DNA from: Squalus acanthias
Lineage: Eukaryota
NCBI GenBank assembly: GCA_030390025.1
Contig: CM059425.1
Coordinates: 176,578,001 to 176,642,000 of the forward strand
Length of the DNA: 64,000 nt
Direction of reading: 5' to 3'
Each line of letters begins with the position of its first letter. Positions within the stretch are counted from its first letter, which is position 1. Shown here one piece after another: positions 12,199 through 26,149 of this stretch. The position numbers were made by a program, and so were the translations under genes. A model generated the notes under the pieces. That model saw only the letters and a list, made by a program, of their open reading frames with translations. It did no database searches and had not been told where the DNA came from.

Positions 12199-13177
12199 GG
12201 CCGTGATTTTGCGCCTGGAGGTGGGATGGTGGCGGGTCCGCTGTTCAGCGGGTTCCGGACTCGCTCCCGGTTCCCGCCGCCCTGCAGTTGAAATTTTCCG
12301 CTGATTGGCCTCATTAAGGCCAACGTGCGGGTTCTCCAAGGCAATTGCTGGGTGCGGGTCAGTTGTTCGCGTCTGATGAAGCGATGTTGGACTGATTATT
12401 TAAAGGGGCCATGTCCCCTCTGCAGATTCATTTCCGTTTTGTTCCCTGAAGTGCCGGCTGCTGCAGGTATGGCAGTGCAAAAACCCAAGGCTGCTCCCCG
12501 CTTCGATGAGGACTCCCTCCATGCTGTAGTGGAAGATGTCACGTTAATAATCACAAGGGTTCTCACTTGGGTGTTATGATAGATTTATTTGTAAAGTTTC
12601 TGTTCTTTGCCAATATTGTAATAAATTGATGTAGAACGAAGGTTTGGCATCGTTGCCATCTGTGTGCTGACAATTTGAGGTGGCACAGTTTAGGGTAAGG
12701 GTGCCTTTAAAATCCAGCAATGCAGTGGATCTATAGTGCACAACACATACTTGCAGCCTAAACACAGATTACGCCCCCCAAATTATTCAATCAGCAACCT
12801 CACAGATTTCTAAATGACAAGATCTGAGAGTGCAGCTTTTGCACTGCAGTTGCAGCTGTGAAGTCTCCAGCTCGCTGGTGTTCACGCCACACTTACCTGG
12901 CGTGTTGTCGGAATGTCGTGAAACCCGGCCCAGAAGCTGGAAAATCAAAAAACCCTGTGAAAGTAGCTCTAAAATACCACCTAATAGGCAGTTAATTGCC
13001 TTTAATCCCTTTCCTGCCGCTTGGTGTCGGGTCCGTTTGCAAATCAGAGACCCGACACTCGGGAAAGTTACGTGGAGGCGGGGTCATGGCAGGTTCGGAA
13101 CCCGCCGTCAATCATTGCAAATTTAACCTCTGACCCACCTCCAGTCCTGCCCTCTGAGCACCGGCAAAATTCCAGCC
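12199..13177. mobile_element. Non-autonomous Harbinger-type element
   Basis: TIRs GGCCGTGATTTTGC / GCAAAATTCCAGCC with TTT TSD. Retains the Myb start (MAVQKPKAAPRFDEDSL). Confidence 0.85.
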
Positions 13178-13889
13178 TTTGCCTCAGTTTTTACTGAAGG
13201 GGCTATAAAGAGGAAATGACACCAGTAGAAAAAGTCAAGAGAGCTTTTACTACAGTTAAGATAGAAAGAAAGGTGACACTAGACAAACTAACCAAACTTA
13301 AGAAGAACAGAACCCTGGATCCAGATGGATTACAACCAAAGATACTCAAAGAAACTAGGGAGGAGATAGCAAAAGCACTAGCATCCACACATAAACATTC
13401 AATAGAAAAAGGAATAGTGCCAAAGGACTGGCAGGCAGCAAATATAATTCCTATTTTCATAAAGGGAAATAAAGTACTAATCCAGGGAACTATAGATCAG
13501 TTATCTTAATGTCAGTGGCAGGAAAGATACTAGAACCTTTGCTAAAAGAACAGATAATAAAACATCTAGAGACAGAGGGCTAAAAATTGGATATGACCAG
13601 AAAACGGGTGGTCTCATGGCCCAACACTGTTAAGTTGCACCTGGTCAAAATGGTATAGGTAGCACGCAAAAATCTTGCTCAGTCCTCATTAACATGATTA
13701 TAGTGCTGATCTCAGTGCTAATACCGCTGCTCATTGGCTTACCGTTCAACAAGTGGGCCAATATCGGGCCCAGTCTAATTCCCAGTCATGTTTGGCACAG
13801 ATACTTAAAGGGGAGGTTCATTGATGCTACAATACCTCATTGTCAATCCAGTTCCAACTTCATCTGGAAACAGGCGGTACTAGAAGCAG

Positions 13890-15378
13890 ATGGCTGAGCC
13901 TTGTCACAGGGAGAAAGCCTGGAGATTCTCAGACGCGGCTCTGGAGGCACTGGTGGTGGCTGTGGAGAGGAGGCGGGCTGTCCTCTTCCCGCAAAGCTGC
14001 AGGAAGCTATCGCCGCATACATCCAGAAAGCTGTGGCAGGAGATAGCCGACTATGCGACAGCCAGCACTGTGGTCCCCAGGTCGTCGATCCAGTGTCGAA
14101 AGAAGTTTAATGACCTCACATGGCAAGTCAAGGTGAGTGAAGGCTTCAGCAAATGCCATATCCCACCATCTGCACCACAAGCCTCACGCACTGCTCAATG
14201 CACCACACCCCCATCAATCACCTACCAACAATCTCTACCAACCAATCAGACTTCACAAGCATAGCTCCACTTCACCCTCACAACCTTACCACTGCTGCAA
14301 CACTCCTGCCCACATCTCACACCTTGCACACACAGACAGCTATTCAACTATGGCAGGCACATCACCCAAACACATTGCACCACACTCACTCACACACTTC
14401 TCTTGCTCTTGCAGGCCAAGGTGGCACATAATCAGCGGAAGCAGCAGCAGACAGGTGGGGGGCAAGTTACCATGCAGGACCTCAGCCAACTGGAGGTGCG
14501 AGTGCTGGAGATCATTGGGCGGCAGATCATGGGGGCCGTGGTAACCAGCGAGGTTGAAGTCCTTGGGTCAACAACAGTATGCTCAATCCCAATCCTTCTT
14601 CTCATATCCCACTTGCCCCTCATCCCACAATCTCTTCTCACTTTCAAGCTGCTGATGCTGTATGCATGCATATCTTGCTTTACCACCCCCCTCCCCTCAT
14701 CATAACCCGACTCTTGTGCCTATCTGCTTTCAGATAATCAAGACCAAGAACCAGCCCAGCCTGTCCCCGAGGCGATGGAGGAGAGCAAGGGGGGAGTGTC
14801 ACTGCATCTGTTACCAGCTCAGAAACTGGCACTGCGCATAATTTAGAGGCTAGTGTAGAAGCAGGATCTGCACAGGGTGAGACACCAGGCACCGGGCTGC
14901 AGCAAGGCCAGGGGGAAAGGGTAACTCAGGGGCCAGCTCCCCGGAGGGCAAGTTCGCTCATGGGTTCTGCTGCACAGGACTCAGACGAGGACCTCGTGCT
15001 CCAGCAGATTGCTAGGGATGCTGAGGCGCCACCCCGGGGGAGTGGCAATGGGTCAGTGGAGCAGGACCCGGCTGTACTGTCTCAGGATGACAGCATTCCT
15101 GTTCCCACCACTGCCACTCCGCCATTGCCCTTGCCACTGCCTGTCAGTCAGCCAACCCAGACTGCAGCCACCCATGCTGAGGTGGTGCAGTCTACAGCCG
15201 GGCCTTCTTGGCACAGAGCTGCTCGAGGTCATTCTGCAAGGTCATCTGAAGTCTCCCCCATGGAAATTCAGCAGCCTTCCATCAGCCATGCTGCAGCCAT
15301 TGGGGGAGCACTTCGTAGGAGCATGAGATAAAGAGCACCCGAACGACAGGCACTAAGGGATTGCACAAGGGCGATTAG
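13890..15378 (+). pseudogene. Harbinger Myb/SANT-like gene, 3 exons, deleted in exon 3
   Basis: Exon 1 13890-14132 (RFSDAALEALV...QCRKKFNDL|gtgagt). Exon 2 from 14415 (AKVAHNQRKQQQTGGG). Exon 3 from 14734. Same structure as 60047-58141. Confidence 0.88.
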
Positions 15379-15544
15379 TTAATATCGTATGTGTAAATTA
15401 ATCGTTGATAAATTAATAATTTTGTTTGGAATCTTTTGTGATGGCTCTCATTTCAGCTTTGTGCCCAGGAGGACGCTGTTATATTCCGTGACAGAGGGAT
15501 GGTACGATGGGGATGTGGTGAGCAACGGGGATCTGGGGTTTCAT

Positions 15545-17558
15545 TCATTGTAATCGGTATCTGATGAGGTGTTCATGGACAGCCCGTCTGGAAGTGGGAT
15601 TGGCTGCCTGCCTCCACCCTTCCTCCTCTTCCTCTTGCTCACCTTCCTCTTCCTTCTCATCCTCCTCCTCTCCCTCGTCCTCCTCCTGAGGTGGTCCCGC
15701 AATTCCTGCTGGCAAGGGCTGTGCCCTCATGGTGGCCAAGTTGTGAAGCATGCAGCAGACCACCACGAAATGGGACACCTGCTCCGCCAAGAACTGGAGG
15801 GCTGCTCCTGAGCAGTCAAGGCAGCGGAACCGTTGCTTCAGTAGCCCGATGGTCTACTCAATGATGCTCCTGGTGGCAGCATGGCTGTCATTATATGAAT
15901 GCTGGGCTCGAGTGTTGGGGCTGCAGAGGGGAGTCATCAGCCAGATGCAGAGTGGACAGCCCTTCGGGGAGAAATTCGGTATCGCCCTGTTTGGGGCGCA
16001 ATTATAGGCCGGGCGCAAAGTTTAGCGCCTGGCACTAATTATTGCCTCCGACTGCAAACTTGGCTTCTATCGCCCCTGGAGGTGATTGGAGCACTAAATC
16101 AGGCACTACACACCTCTCTTAAGGCGCTAACGCCGAGGAGCGAGGCACTACCTCAGAGCGCTGGCGAAGCTCATGTAATATCAGTCAGCAATGGAGCACA
16201 GACACACTGGCGCCGGCCAGTTCTTAAAGGGGAGGGTCGATCTTGCTCTCCATCCACACCCTGCTCATTGCAGCCTTGAATCTCGGCCTGGAGAGACCTG
16301 TACATCAAATCTGCTGGAAAGAACAATAGAGAGGCCCAGGAAAAGAGCTCAGAGTGCAGCCCCCAAAGTCTCTTCTAAATCGATGCAAGGAAGGTCAAAT
16401 CAAAATGAACCTGCAAAGTGCTGCTCAGTACCCAAAACTCCTTCACACAGCGTTGAATCTCTCCAGAAGTCTCTCTCTTTCAGAATGTGTGGTGCAAAAA
16501 TGTCGCCAACAAAAAAGGCAGGAAGCGGTTGCCTTTAAATAGCGCTCCCCCAGTCCCTTCCTGACTGCAAAACATTCCCCTCTACCTGTCGTTGCTAGCA
16601 GCAGGCAGTAAGGTCGGGGCGCTACCGGGGCATTGCACGCTCAACTGACGTCACAATCTGCGGGCGCAGGAGATCGTGGCGGTAGTGTTTAGTGCCGCCG
16701 CAAAATGTCTGGTCAATTTCGCGAGCAGCACAAACATCGCCGCGCCCGGGCGCTAGTTGCTTTGCGCTCCATTAGCGCCCTATTAGGGTGCTAACGGGAG
16801 GTGCAAAGCAACTTAATTTTTCCCCCCTTGTCTCCGAGCAGCCACCCTCGAGTTTGATGTGGCAGCTGGAAGATTGCTGGCACACCGGGCTGACGGAGGA
16901 GGAAGGCATCATGACTGCTGCCAGGATAGTGGGCATTCACCATCAGGAATCACTGGCGTGGTCGCACAACAACTGCACATTAAGTGAGTGGTAGCCCTTG
17001 CGGTTACCAGCAAAGCCACGTGTGTGTAATCGATGGCGCCCTGCACCATGGGGAAGCCCGCTATCCTGGCAAAGCCACATGCGCACTTGTCCTGCTTCTT
17101 TCTGTTCAGCGAGAAGAAAACATAGTCCCTTCTCCTGATGCAGAGAGCCTCAGTGACCTCCCGGATGCAGCGATGGACGGCGAACTGGGAGATGTTAGCT
17201 ATGTATCCTGCTGCAGACTGGAAGGATCCACTGGCGAAGAAATTGAGGGCCACGGTGACCTTGACTGCCACTGGGAGAGCCGTGGTCACCCTGCTCTCAG
17301 GCTGCAGGTCTGGTTGCAGTAGGTGGCAGAGTTCTGTGAGCACCTCCTTGGTGAAGCGGAGCCTCCTAATTCACTGCTCCTCATTTAAGTGGATATAAGA
17401 GAATTGCTCTCTGAAACCCTAGGTGGGTAAGGCCTCCTGTTGAGAGCTCTCCTGGCCCTCCTCCTCCATCTGCACATATCTTCTCCTCTTCTTCGCTGCC
17501 TCCGCTCCCTCTCCTGAAGATAGTCGAGTGTAAGGGGGACTGCAAGTAGAACCCTCAT
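15545..17558 (-). pseudogene. Harbinger transposase pseudogene interrupted by a MITE
   Basis: VAVKVTVALNFFASGSFQ, GAIDYTH, CCMLHN and an acidic tail. Split at the GDKG motif. Confidence 0.93.
15965..16826. mobile_element. Harbinger MITE (about 860 bp), same family as 35300-36192, opposite orientation
   Basis: TIR cGGGGAGAAATT / AATTTTTCCCCC with CTT TSD. Arms homologous to the ends of 56174-60404. Confidence 0.93.
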
Positions 17559-18794
17559 GACTGTGAGAAAATGGTGTGACCAGAAGCCTTTAAATAAGAA
17601 TGAAGGTGTTCTCCACTTGCCCCAACACTCGCTGTTACCTTAGAACCTTGAAAGAAGTTAATTAAGCTGCTGGAGTTGCAGAAAGTTGCACAGAGCCAGT
17701 CAAACTGCAGAAACATGTCAGCTGCAAGTTGTTGCTGATGATCCCTTTAAATAACACTGCTGGAGCCTCTTTACTGCTTGTCAACACTTACTCAGCTGGT
17801 TGCACTTAAGTGGAACAGCAAAGTTGAAAATGGCAGATCGGGTGTCAAGTGAGCGTTGCACACTCACTGATGTCACGATCTGCATAATCTATATAATTTT
17901 CACGAGCGCCGATATCAGCGGCACTGCCGCCCAGCCAAAATTGGCGGCTGCCGTGGGAACCGCGGGCAGAAGTGTGGTGGCTGCCATTTATTTTCCCTGA
18001 ATCTGGTGGGAACGAGTGGTGCTAAACCCCTGAATTTTTAGCCCAGAGAATATAATTAAAAAATAGTCATCATGGATTTCTAAAAGGAAGGTCATGTTTA
18101 ACCAGCCTTATTGAAGTCTTTGAACAAGTAACATGAAAAGTGGACAAGGGCCATGTAGTAGATGTGGTATACTTGAAATTTCAGAAGGACTTCGATAAGG
18201 TGCCACATAAGAGACCTGTGACAAAGGTAAAGTCAGGGGCCAGGTCGCAGAATGTATTGAAAGATGACTACTAAACAGAAAACAGAAGGTAGGAGTTAAG
18301 GGAGGTTTCTCAGACTGGGAGAAAGTGGGAAGTGATGTCTCGCAGGGATCTGTGCTGGGACCATTATTGTTCACTATATACATAAATGATTTGGACTGCT
18401 AATAACTTAGAATTAGTGGTCATTTAACTCTTGCAATGCCTGATCCCTCAAAATACCCTTTATAGCCCATATTCTTATAGGACTCAGAAACTGGAGGTAT
18501 GGTGTCAAAATTTGCAGATGATACCATATTGGGGGGTATAACTAATAATGTGGAAGACAGCACAAAAATACAGGAAGACATAAACAGGCCTGCAGAGTGG
18601 GCGGATAAATGGTAAATAAAATTCAATATAGCGAAGTGTAAGGTGGTTCATTTTAGTAGGAGGAATAAGGAGGTCATTTATTCCTTGGAAGGTAAGAAAC
18701 TAAATGCGATAGAGGAGAAAATTGATCTGGGAATACAGATACATAAATCATCAAAAGTAACAATACAAATTAATGAGGACATAAAGAGTGAAAC

Positions 18795-21119
18795 AGGCTA
18801 TTTTAGGTCTAGTATTGTGCAATGAGAAAGACTTAATTAATAACCTTGTAGTAAAGGGGCCTTTAGGGAAGAGTGACCATAATTTTATATTGAGTTTGAA
18901 AGTGATTTAGTTAAGTCCAAAACTAGGGTCTTAAATCTAAACAAAGCAAACTACATAGGTTTGAGGGGCAAGTTGGCTAAGGTAGATTGGGAAACTACAT
19001 TAAAAGGTATGATGGTAGACAAGCAATGGTTAGCATTTAAAGAATTAATACATAATTTACAACAAATATGCATTCCTTTAAGGCACAAAAATCCCACAGG
19101 AAAAGTGGTCCAGCCGTGGCTAACAAGAGAAGTTAAAGATAGTATTCGATCAAAGGAAGAGGCTTATAATGTTGCCAAAAAGAGTAGTAAGCCTGAGGAT
19201 TTTAGAATTCAGCAAAGGAGGACCAATAAATTGATAAGGAAAGAGAAAAAAGAATATGAGAGTAAATTAGCAAGAGACATAAAAACAGATCGTAAACATT
19301 TCTATAGGTATGTAAATAGGAAGAGATTAGTGAAAGTAAACGTGGGCCCATTAGAGGCAGAGACAGGAGAAATTATAATGGGCAATAAGGAAATGGCAGA
19401 GATATTAAACAAATATTTTGCATCTGTCTTCACGGAAATAATAGGGAACCAAGGGCCTAGAGAGAATGAGGAACTTAAAGAAATCAGTGTAAGTAAAGAC
19501 ATAGTACTGAAGAAATTAATGGGACTTAGTGGCGACTAATCCTCTGGACCTGATGACCTGCATCCTAGGGTTTTAAAAGAGGTAGCTACAGAGATAGTGG
19601 ATGCACTGGTATTAATCTTCCAGAATTTCCTAGATGCTAGAACAGTCCCCAAGGATTGGAAGGTAGAAAACATAACCCCACTATTTAAGAAAGGAGGAAG
19701 AGAAAAAATGGGGAACTATAGGCCAGTTAGCCTGACATCAGTCATAGGCAAAATGCTAGAATCTATTATTAGGGATGTGGTAACAGGGCACTTAGAAAAT
19801 CATAATATGATTAGGCAGAGTCAACATGGTTTTATGAAAGGAAAATTGTGTTTGACAAATCTGTTAGAGTTTTTTGAAGATGTAACTAGTATAGGATGGA
19901 TAAGGAGAAACCAGTGGATGTAGTGTATTTGGATTTTCAAAAAGCATTCGATAAGGTGCAACACAAGAGGATATTACACAAAATTAGGACTCATGGTATT
20001 GGGGGTAATATATTAACCTGGATTGAGGATTGGCTAATGGACAGTAAACGGAAAGTAGGAATAAACGGGACTTTTTCAGGTTGGCAGGCTGTGACTAGTG
20101 GGGTACTGCAAGGATCAATGCTTGGGCCTCAGTTATTTACAATCTATATTAATGACTTAGATGAAGGGACTGACTGTAACGTATCCAAGTTTGCTGATGA
20201 TACAAAGTTAGGTGGGAAAGTAAGCTGTGAGGAGGACGCAAATAGGCTGCAGAGAAATATAGACAGGTTGACTGAGTGAGCAAGAACATGGCAAATGGAA
20301 TACAATGTGGGGAAGTTTTAAGTTATCCACTTTGGTAGGAAAAACAAAAAAGCAGAATTTTTTTGAATGGTGAGAGACTGAGAAATGTTTGCATTCAGAG
20401 GGACCTCGGTGTCCTTGTAGATGAATCACAGAATGTTAACATGCAGGGACAGCAAGCAATTAGGAAAGCAAATGGTATGTTAGCTTTTGTTACAAAGGGA
20501 TTAGAGTATAAGAGTAAAGAAGTCTCACTACAATTAAACAGGGCATTGGTGAGGCCACACCTGGAGCACTGTGTATAGTTCTGGTCTCCTTACCTAAGGA
20601 AGGACATACTTGCCTTAGAGGGAGTGCAATGAAGGTTCACTCGACTGGTTCCTGAGATGAGGGAATTGCCCTATGAGGAGCGATTGAGTAGACTAGGCCT
20701 ATATTCCCTAGAGTTTAGAAGAATGAGAGGTGATCTAATTGAAACATATAAAATTCTTAAGGGGCATGACAGGGTTAATGCTGAGAAAATGTTTCCCCTG
20801 GCTGGGGAATCTAGAACACGGGGTCACAGTCACAGAATAAGAGGTCGGCCATTTTGGACTGAGATAAGGAGAAATTTCTTCACTCAAAGGGTTGTGAATC
20901 TTTGGAATTCTCTACCCCAGAGAGCTGTGGATGCTCAGTCGTTGAGTATATTCAAGACAGAGGTTGATAAATTTTGGGGAATGAAGGGAATTAAGGAATA
21001 TAGGGAGAGTGCAGGAAGGTGGAGTTGAGGTAGGAGATGAACCATGATCTTGTTGAATGGCGGAGCAGGCTTGAAGGGCCAGTTGGCCTACTCCAGCTCC
21101 TATTTCTTATGTTCTTATG
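18795..21119 (+). mobile_element. Younger 5'-truncated CR1 LINE nested in the older CR1
   Basis: Runs from the endonuclease end (KSDHN) through RT ([23 protein letters not shown]) to the tail ttcttatgttcttatg. Confidence 0.93.
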
Positions 21120-21580
21120 GGATGAGAGGGCTGTCCTATGAGGAGAGGTTGTGTAGAATGGGCCTATACTCTCTGGAGTTTAGAAGAATGAGAGGTGATC
21201 TCATTGAAACATACAAGATTCTGAAGGGGATTGACAGGGTAGATGCTGAGCGGTTGTTTCCCCTGGCTGGAGTGTCTAGAACTAGGGGCATAGTCTCAGG
21301 ATAAGGGATAGGCCATTTAAGACTGAGATGAGGAGGAATTTCTTCACTCAGAGGGTTGTGAATCTTTGGAATTCTCTGCCCCAGAGGGTTGTGAATGCTA
21401 GTCTTTGAGTATATTCAAGGCTGAGATAAATAGATTTTTGGACTCTAGGGGAATCAAGGGATATGGAGATCGGGAGGGAAAGTGCATTGAGGTCGATGAT
21501 CAGCCATGATCTTATTGAATGGTAGAGCAGACTCAAGGGGCCGTAAGGCCTACTCCTGCTCTTAGTTCTTATGTTCTTAG
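21120..21580 (+). mobile_element. Second CR1 3' fragment directly abutting the previous tail
   Basis: Repeats MRGLSYEERL...RNFFTQRVVNLWNSLP plus the 3' UTR and TTCTTATG tail. Diverged from 20657-21119. Confidence 0.9.
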
Positions 21581-22230
21581 GTTCAAAGCACTGGAGTTCA
21601 GTTCTGGAGGAAAAGAATACAAAAGCAGGGAGGTAATTATATAGAACTTTGGTTAGACCACACTTGGAGTATTGTGCACAGTTCTGGTCTCCGTGCTACA
21701 AAAGGTTATTGAAGTACTGGAGAAAGTACAGAAATGATTTACAAGGATGTTACCAAAATTGAGAAGATGCAACTATCAGGAAAAAAATTAGCGGGCTGGG
21801 GCTCTCTAAGAGGAGACCTGATAGAGATCTTTAAACTTATGAAGGGGTTTGATAGGATGGATGTGGAGAAACTGTTTTCACTTGTGGGTGAGTCCAGGAC
21901 AAGAGGGCATAAATATAAGATAGCCACTAACAGATCAAATAAAGAATTTAGGACAAATTTCTTTACGTGGTGAGCGGTGAGAAAGTGGAGTTTACTGCCA
22001 CATGCAATGGTTGAAGCAGATATCATTAACATATTTAAGGAGCGGCTTGATGCATACATCAGGAAGAAGGGAATAGAGGGATACAGGGGCAGGGTGGGAA
22101 GAGGTAATTAGAGTAGGAGGAGGCTTGTGTGGAGAATAAATACTGGCACAGACCAGTTGGGCTGAATAGCCTGTTTCTGTGCTGTAGATGCTATGCAATT
22201 TTGAGTTAGTCACTGGCAAAATAGCTTGTT

Positions 22231-22527
22231 CACAGAATCACAGAATCCCCACAGTGCAGATAGAGGCCATTTCGGCCCATCGAGCCTGCACTGACACATA
22301 TCCCACCCTATCCCCGTAACCCCACATATTTAATCCCCCTAACACTAAGGGTCAATTTATCATAGCCAAATCAACCTAACCCGCACATCTTTGGACTGTG
22401 GGAGGAAACCGGAGCACCCGGAGGAATCCCACGCAGACACGGGGAGAATGTGCAAACTCCACACAGACAGTCACCCGAGGCCAGATTCGAACCCGGGTCC
22501 CTGGCGCTGTGAGGCAACAGTGCTAAC
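22231..22527 (-). mobile_element. HE1-type V-SINE
   Basis: tRNA-derived head with B box GGTTCGAATC, V-domain core (GTGTGGAGTTTGCACATTCTCCCCGTGTCTGCGTGGG...), CR1-like tail ending (ATTCTGTG)n, flanked by TTGTT direct repeats. Confidence 0.9.
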
Positions 22528-24074
22528 TTGTTACTGTGAATCAAATTGTTTATCTAATATTGTAGCCTAAAGTTGACAGGGAACAGTCTGAAAAACATAC
22601 CGAGAGAATAATATGTTCTGACAATGTAACTCCTTGAACCTAAATAATTTGTGGTTCACTGCTTCATGCATTATCCTTGAAAATAGTGAATGCACAAAGG
22701 CAGTAAAGTCTAAACCGTGTATACTGCTCTGCAGCACCAACACTCTCCATCTCCCATTAATGGCGGAGCATTATGTTTGCAGGGTCTCTCCTTGAAGGAC
22801 TCATGAAATATCATGTGATGCAGCTTGAGATGCTGCCAATTTTGTTCATTTTTAAAGAGTGCACCTGCTTCAGGTTTGGTGTCAGTGCAAAGCACACAAA
22901 TGAAATGTAACTTTTGGTGTGGTTTATTCTGGTGTTTATTATCATCATTAAAATAGTCTGGATATTAGCATTGCACAATCACTGTAAACTGTAAAAAATC
23001 CCTCATTATAATTCTGTTTGATATACCAGAATTCCTGATTTATATACACAAGTTAATTGATGTTTCCCTTTTTAATAGTTTGAGTGAAATGAAGCAAATT
23101 CAGGTTCTACTTTGTGCACCTGCATTAAATTTGTCTTGCATTGATGGCTACCTGATCTCATCCTTTTCATTGGTAGATCAAAATTCAGTAGATTAAATCA
23201 GAAATTCAGTGCAGAGATCGGGAGCCCCGCAAGATTTCCCTGTCTGAATTCCAGTGGGCGAAGCTCTGCATGGGAGCACAAATTCATGAAATTTACCTGA
23301 GAGACTAAGCTACCGTTACCAGAAAAGTAACTTTCCAGCAAGAATTTCAGCAGCTTACTGTTACCAGATATTGTTTGTTTGATTGACAAAGCCTTAAGCA
23401 GTACTGACATCAATTGGTCTATCATGAAGCTGGGAAACGCTCTTCTCTAAGCCCTCAACCCTGCTCATCTTCCTCTGGTGGTCTCCAGGATTGCCTTCAT
23501 CAGGACATCGCTCTAGGTGAAATTGCTCTTGTAATGCAAAAGAGGAGAATGACTGACTGTCTTGCTCCATCATTAATGACCCACTAACAAAATTGCATTT
23601 GCAGAAATATCATAGCCGTAAATTCCCATGAGTTTTCTAGCAGGCCATTAATTACAGAGAAAAACAGGCAATCCCTTGTGGGTTTTTACAAGAGGAATTC
23701 CAGCCTTGTTTCTGCTGTTAACAATATTCTGAGTATGTGTAGGGACTGTAAAATATAGGTTAGAAGGTGATGTTGCATCTTTTCTTAAGTAATGGAATAT
23801 TAGAGCAGCGATTTCATCCTTCATGGTCATTATAGGGCAGTAACTTGAAGGCACTATGACATCTGTATTTTAGTGAGGACACTGATGTTTTCCAGCTGAT
23901 GTAAAGCTTCTGGAAGTACAGTCACTGCCATTGCCTCAGTGTGTGCAGTCAACATCTCCTTTAATTATCTGTTTAAAGCCATTTTCATTCCAAACTCTCC
24001 ACTCTAGAATATTCCAAAAGTATGCAGCAAATAGTTTTTATTTTCTTTTGCTCTCTGATAATATAAATAATAAT

Positions 24075-24856
24075 GACCCAAAATTTCCTGTGGCAGGGCA
24101 ACGCATGGCACCCGCTGTTAGTTAGACTTGCCCTTGCCCGTTTAATGTTGACAATATTTTGCGTTGCAAGTTGCTGGAAGTGGAGATGGAAATAGTGCGG
24201 CGCCCTCTACAGGGCATCTGGGACCTGAGTGAACAGGACAAGTAACTGTGTATCTCCTTAACCAATCAGATTGAAGCACTGTGAAATTAACAGCAGAAGG
24301 ACTGAGCAGGAAGTGTAAATTAGAGTGGGTGAATTCAATGTCAAATCAAGTACAGAGACAGAAATAAAAAGGTAAAGAAAGCTAGATTAAGAGAGAGAGA
24401 AAAAAAAGAGACAGAAAGGAAAAGTAAAAAAACATTAATTTTATTTTTTTTTTAAATTTCCAACAGTTAAAACCCGAAAGAATGAGACTCCACACTTGTA
24501 ATAGTTTATTTTCAGTGCCAGAGAGGTTGACTGGCAGTAATTAGCACTTATCACGTCGTTAAAAGGGTACTTTCACTGAAAGGGACAAGACTTAACTTCT
24601 TTGTGGTGAGTTTAGTTCGTATCTGTTGCACAAATACAGTAGCGTCACGCCATTCAATGCAATTCAATGGTGAGTCAGACAGCAAGATGCTATTTTCAGA
24701 AAGCTAAGGGTGGAGCGTCACATCTCGGACAGCAACTTTTGGATTGCCACGTTTTAATCACACATCTGCCCTCACCTGAAGTTATTGTATCATTTGTGTA
24801 TAAATAACAGTGAGTGACATTAGCCTCACCATTATTTTGACAGCAAATTATGGCTC
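24075..24856. mobile_element. MITE, same family as 44952-45689
   Basis: Degenerate TIRs GACCCAAAATTTCCTG / CAGCAAATTATGGCTC. Colinear with 44952-45689. Confidence 0.8.
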
Positions 24857-25189
24857 AAAAGGTTTAGTTACTCAATTAAAATTGGTTAATGAAGAAAAAT
24901 AACTCAGAACCAAGGAAAGTAGTCATTTATTATGGGACTACAGAGTGACAAAAAGACTGTCTGGCATTGTGTTACTTTGATGAAGGAATTTAACAGCTGT
25001 TTGCAAACTCTGGAGTAATTCAACATGGAACAGGAAAGACTTACTTGGCATCATTTGACAGAGTTAATAAACAGCCACCGGTTAACAGCTGTTCCCACAG
25101 AAGGGCTGAAAACGCACACACACACACAAAATACATGCACACACACAAAACACACACACAAAACACACCTTTAGATGTTAAGAGTTCAT

Positions 25190-25735
25190 CCAAGGCTTCC
25201 CCGCTGCTCGGGGATCACGTCGGGTAAGCAGGTCGGGAGTTGTGTCCGCATGGGATGATTTCTTAACTTGACAGCTGCAAATGTTCTATAAAAGCTCCCA
25301 TTTTATAGCTGTTCACTTTCCAAGGTCAGAAGCTGTTGCTTACTGCATTTGGAAGACAGATTGAGCTTTATGCAGCTAGCAAGTGTTTGGAGCAAACTCT
25401 GTATCCAGTGTCACCTCATTGGAACAACCTCTCTCACCATTGACAGATCGCTTCTGTCATCTCAACTTCACCTGCCATCTATTATATCAGCATCAGTGCC
25501 TTGAAACTATCTCACCTTGGTCCTCAGAATCCCACCACGATCAGCCCCAACACCAGCAGCACCAGGCACACCAGCAGCACCAACAACACCACCAACCTTC
25601 TCCGCAGTCAACTGATGCTGCACAGGACAGAGGGTAAGATCACTCTGGACTGCGGGCTGGAGCCAGCAGCGGGGTCACAACCTGCCACCGACCCCGGCTG
25701 CACTGGACCCGCCGAGGTTGGGGAAATCGTGGTCC
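25190..25735. mobile_element. Fragment of the Q/H-rich non-autonomous Harbinger family
   Basis: Shares the CAGCACCA-rich block and right end with 26150-27935 and 32200-33693. Confidence 0.7.
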
Positions 25736-26149
25736 TCATCTCTGTGATGGGAGATTGAACCCAGAACCAGGCTGTAACTTTGGCATAAGATCGGTAGAAA
25801 CCCTGGAGAAATGGGATTAATGGTAATTTCCACCATTTCTCCATGGCAACTACTGGTGTCTAGGTCCCTATTTGGTTTAAGTGTAGCCCACCTCTCCTCT
25901 ACCAGGCCTTTTTATTCTGGAAGGATGTCCAGTTATTTATGAAGGTAGTATTATTGTTCTTACACCGTGCTGGCAGCCATTGGTTTGCCTCCTCATTTCT
26001 TTTTCCCTGAACTCCTGTCCTTTCCCAAATACTGGAAGTATATCAGAGACCATTACTTTGTATCCTCTTTGAGTTTTGAACAAGTCCTCCCCTTACATAG
26101 ATTACCACATTCCAACACATCAGGCCTCTTTGGTTCAGTGTGAAACATT

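Larger units (their letters stand above)
13577..18044. mobile_element. Harbinger transposon with both ends, decayed
   Basis: Perfect 12-bp TIR GGGCTAAAAATT/AATTTTTAGCCC and AGA TSD (13574-6, 18045-7). Convergent Myb (+) and transposase (-) remnants. Confidence 0.95.
12070..22200 (+). mobile_element. Old CR1 LINE split by nested insertions (pieces about 12070-12198, 13178-13576, 18048-18790, 21600-22200)
   Basis: ORF2 reads on across each insertion (NKYF|ASVF, KHLET|ENII..HGF, KFADD, RPHLEYC), with many stops. Confidence 0.85.

Noticed and set aside
22440..22527. tRNA gene
   Set aside because: Truncated tRNA-derived SINE head continuous with the V-domain.
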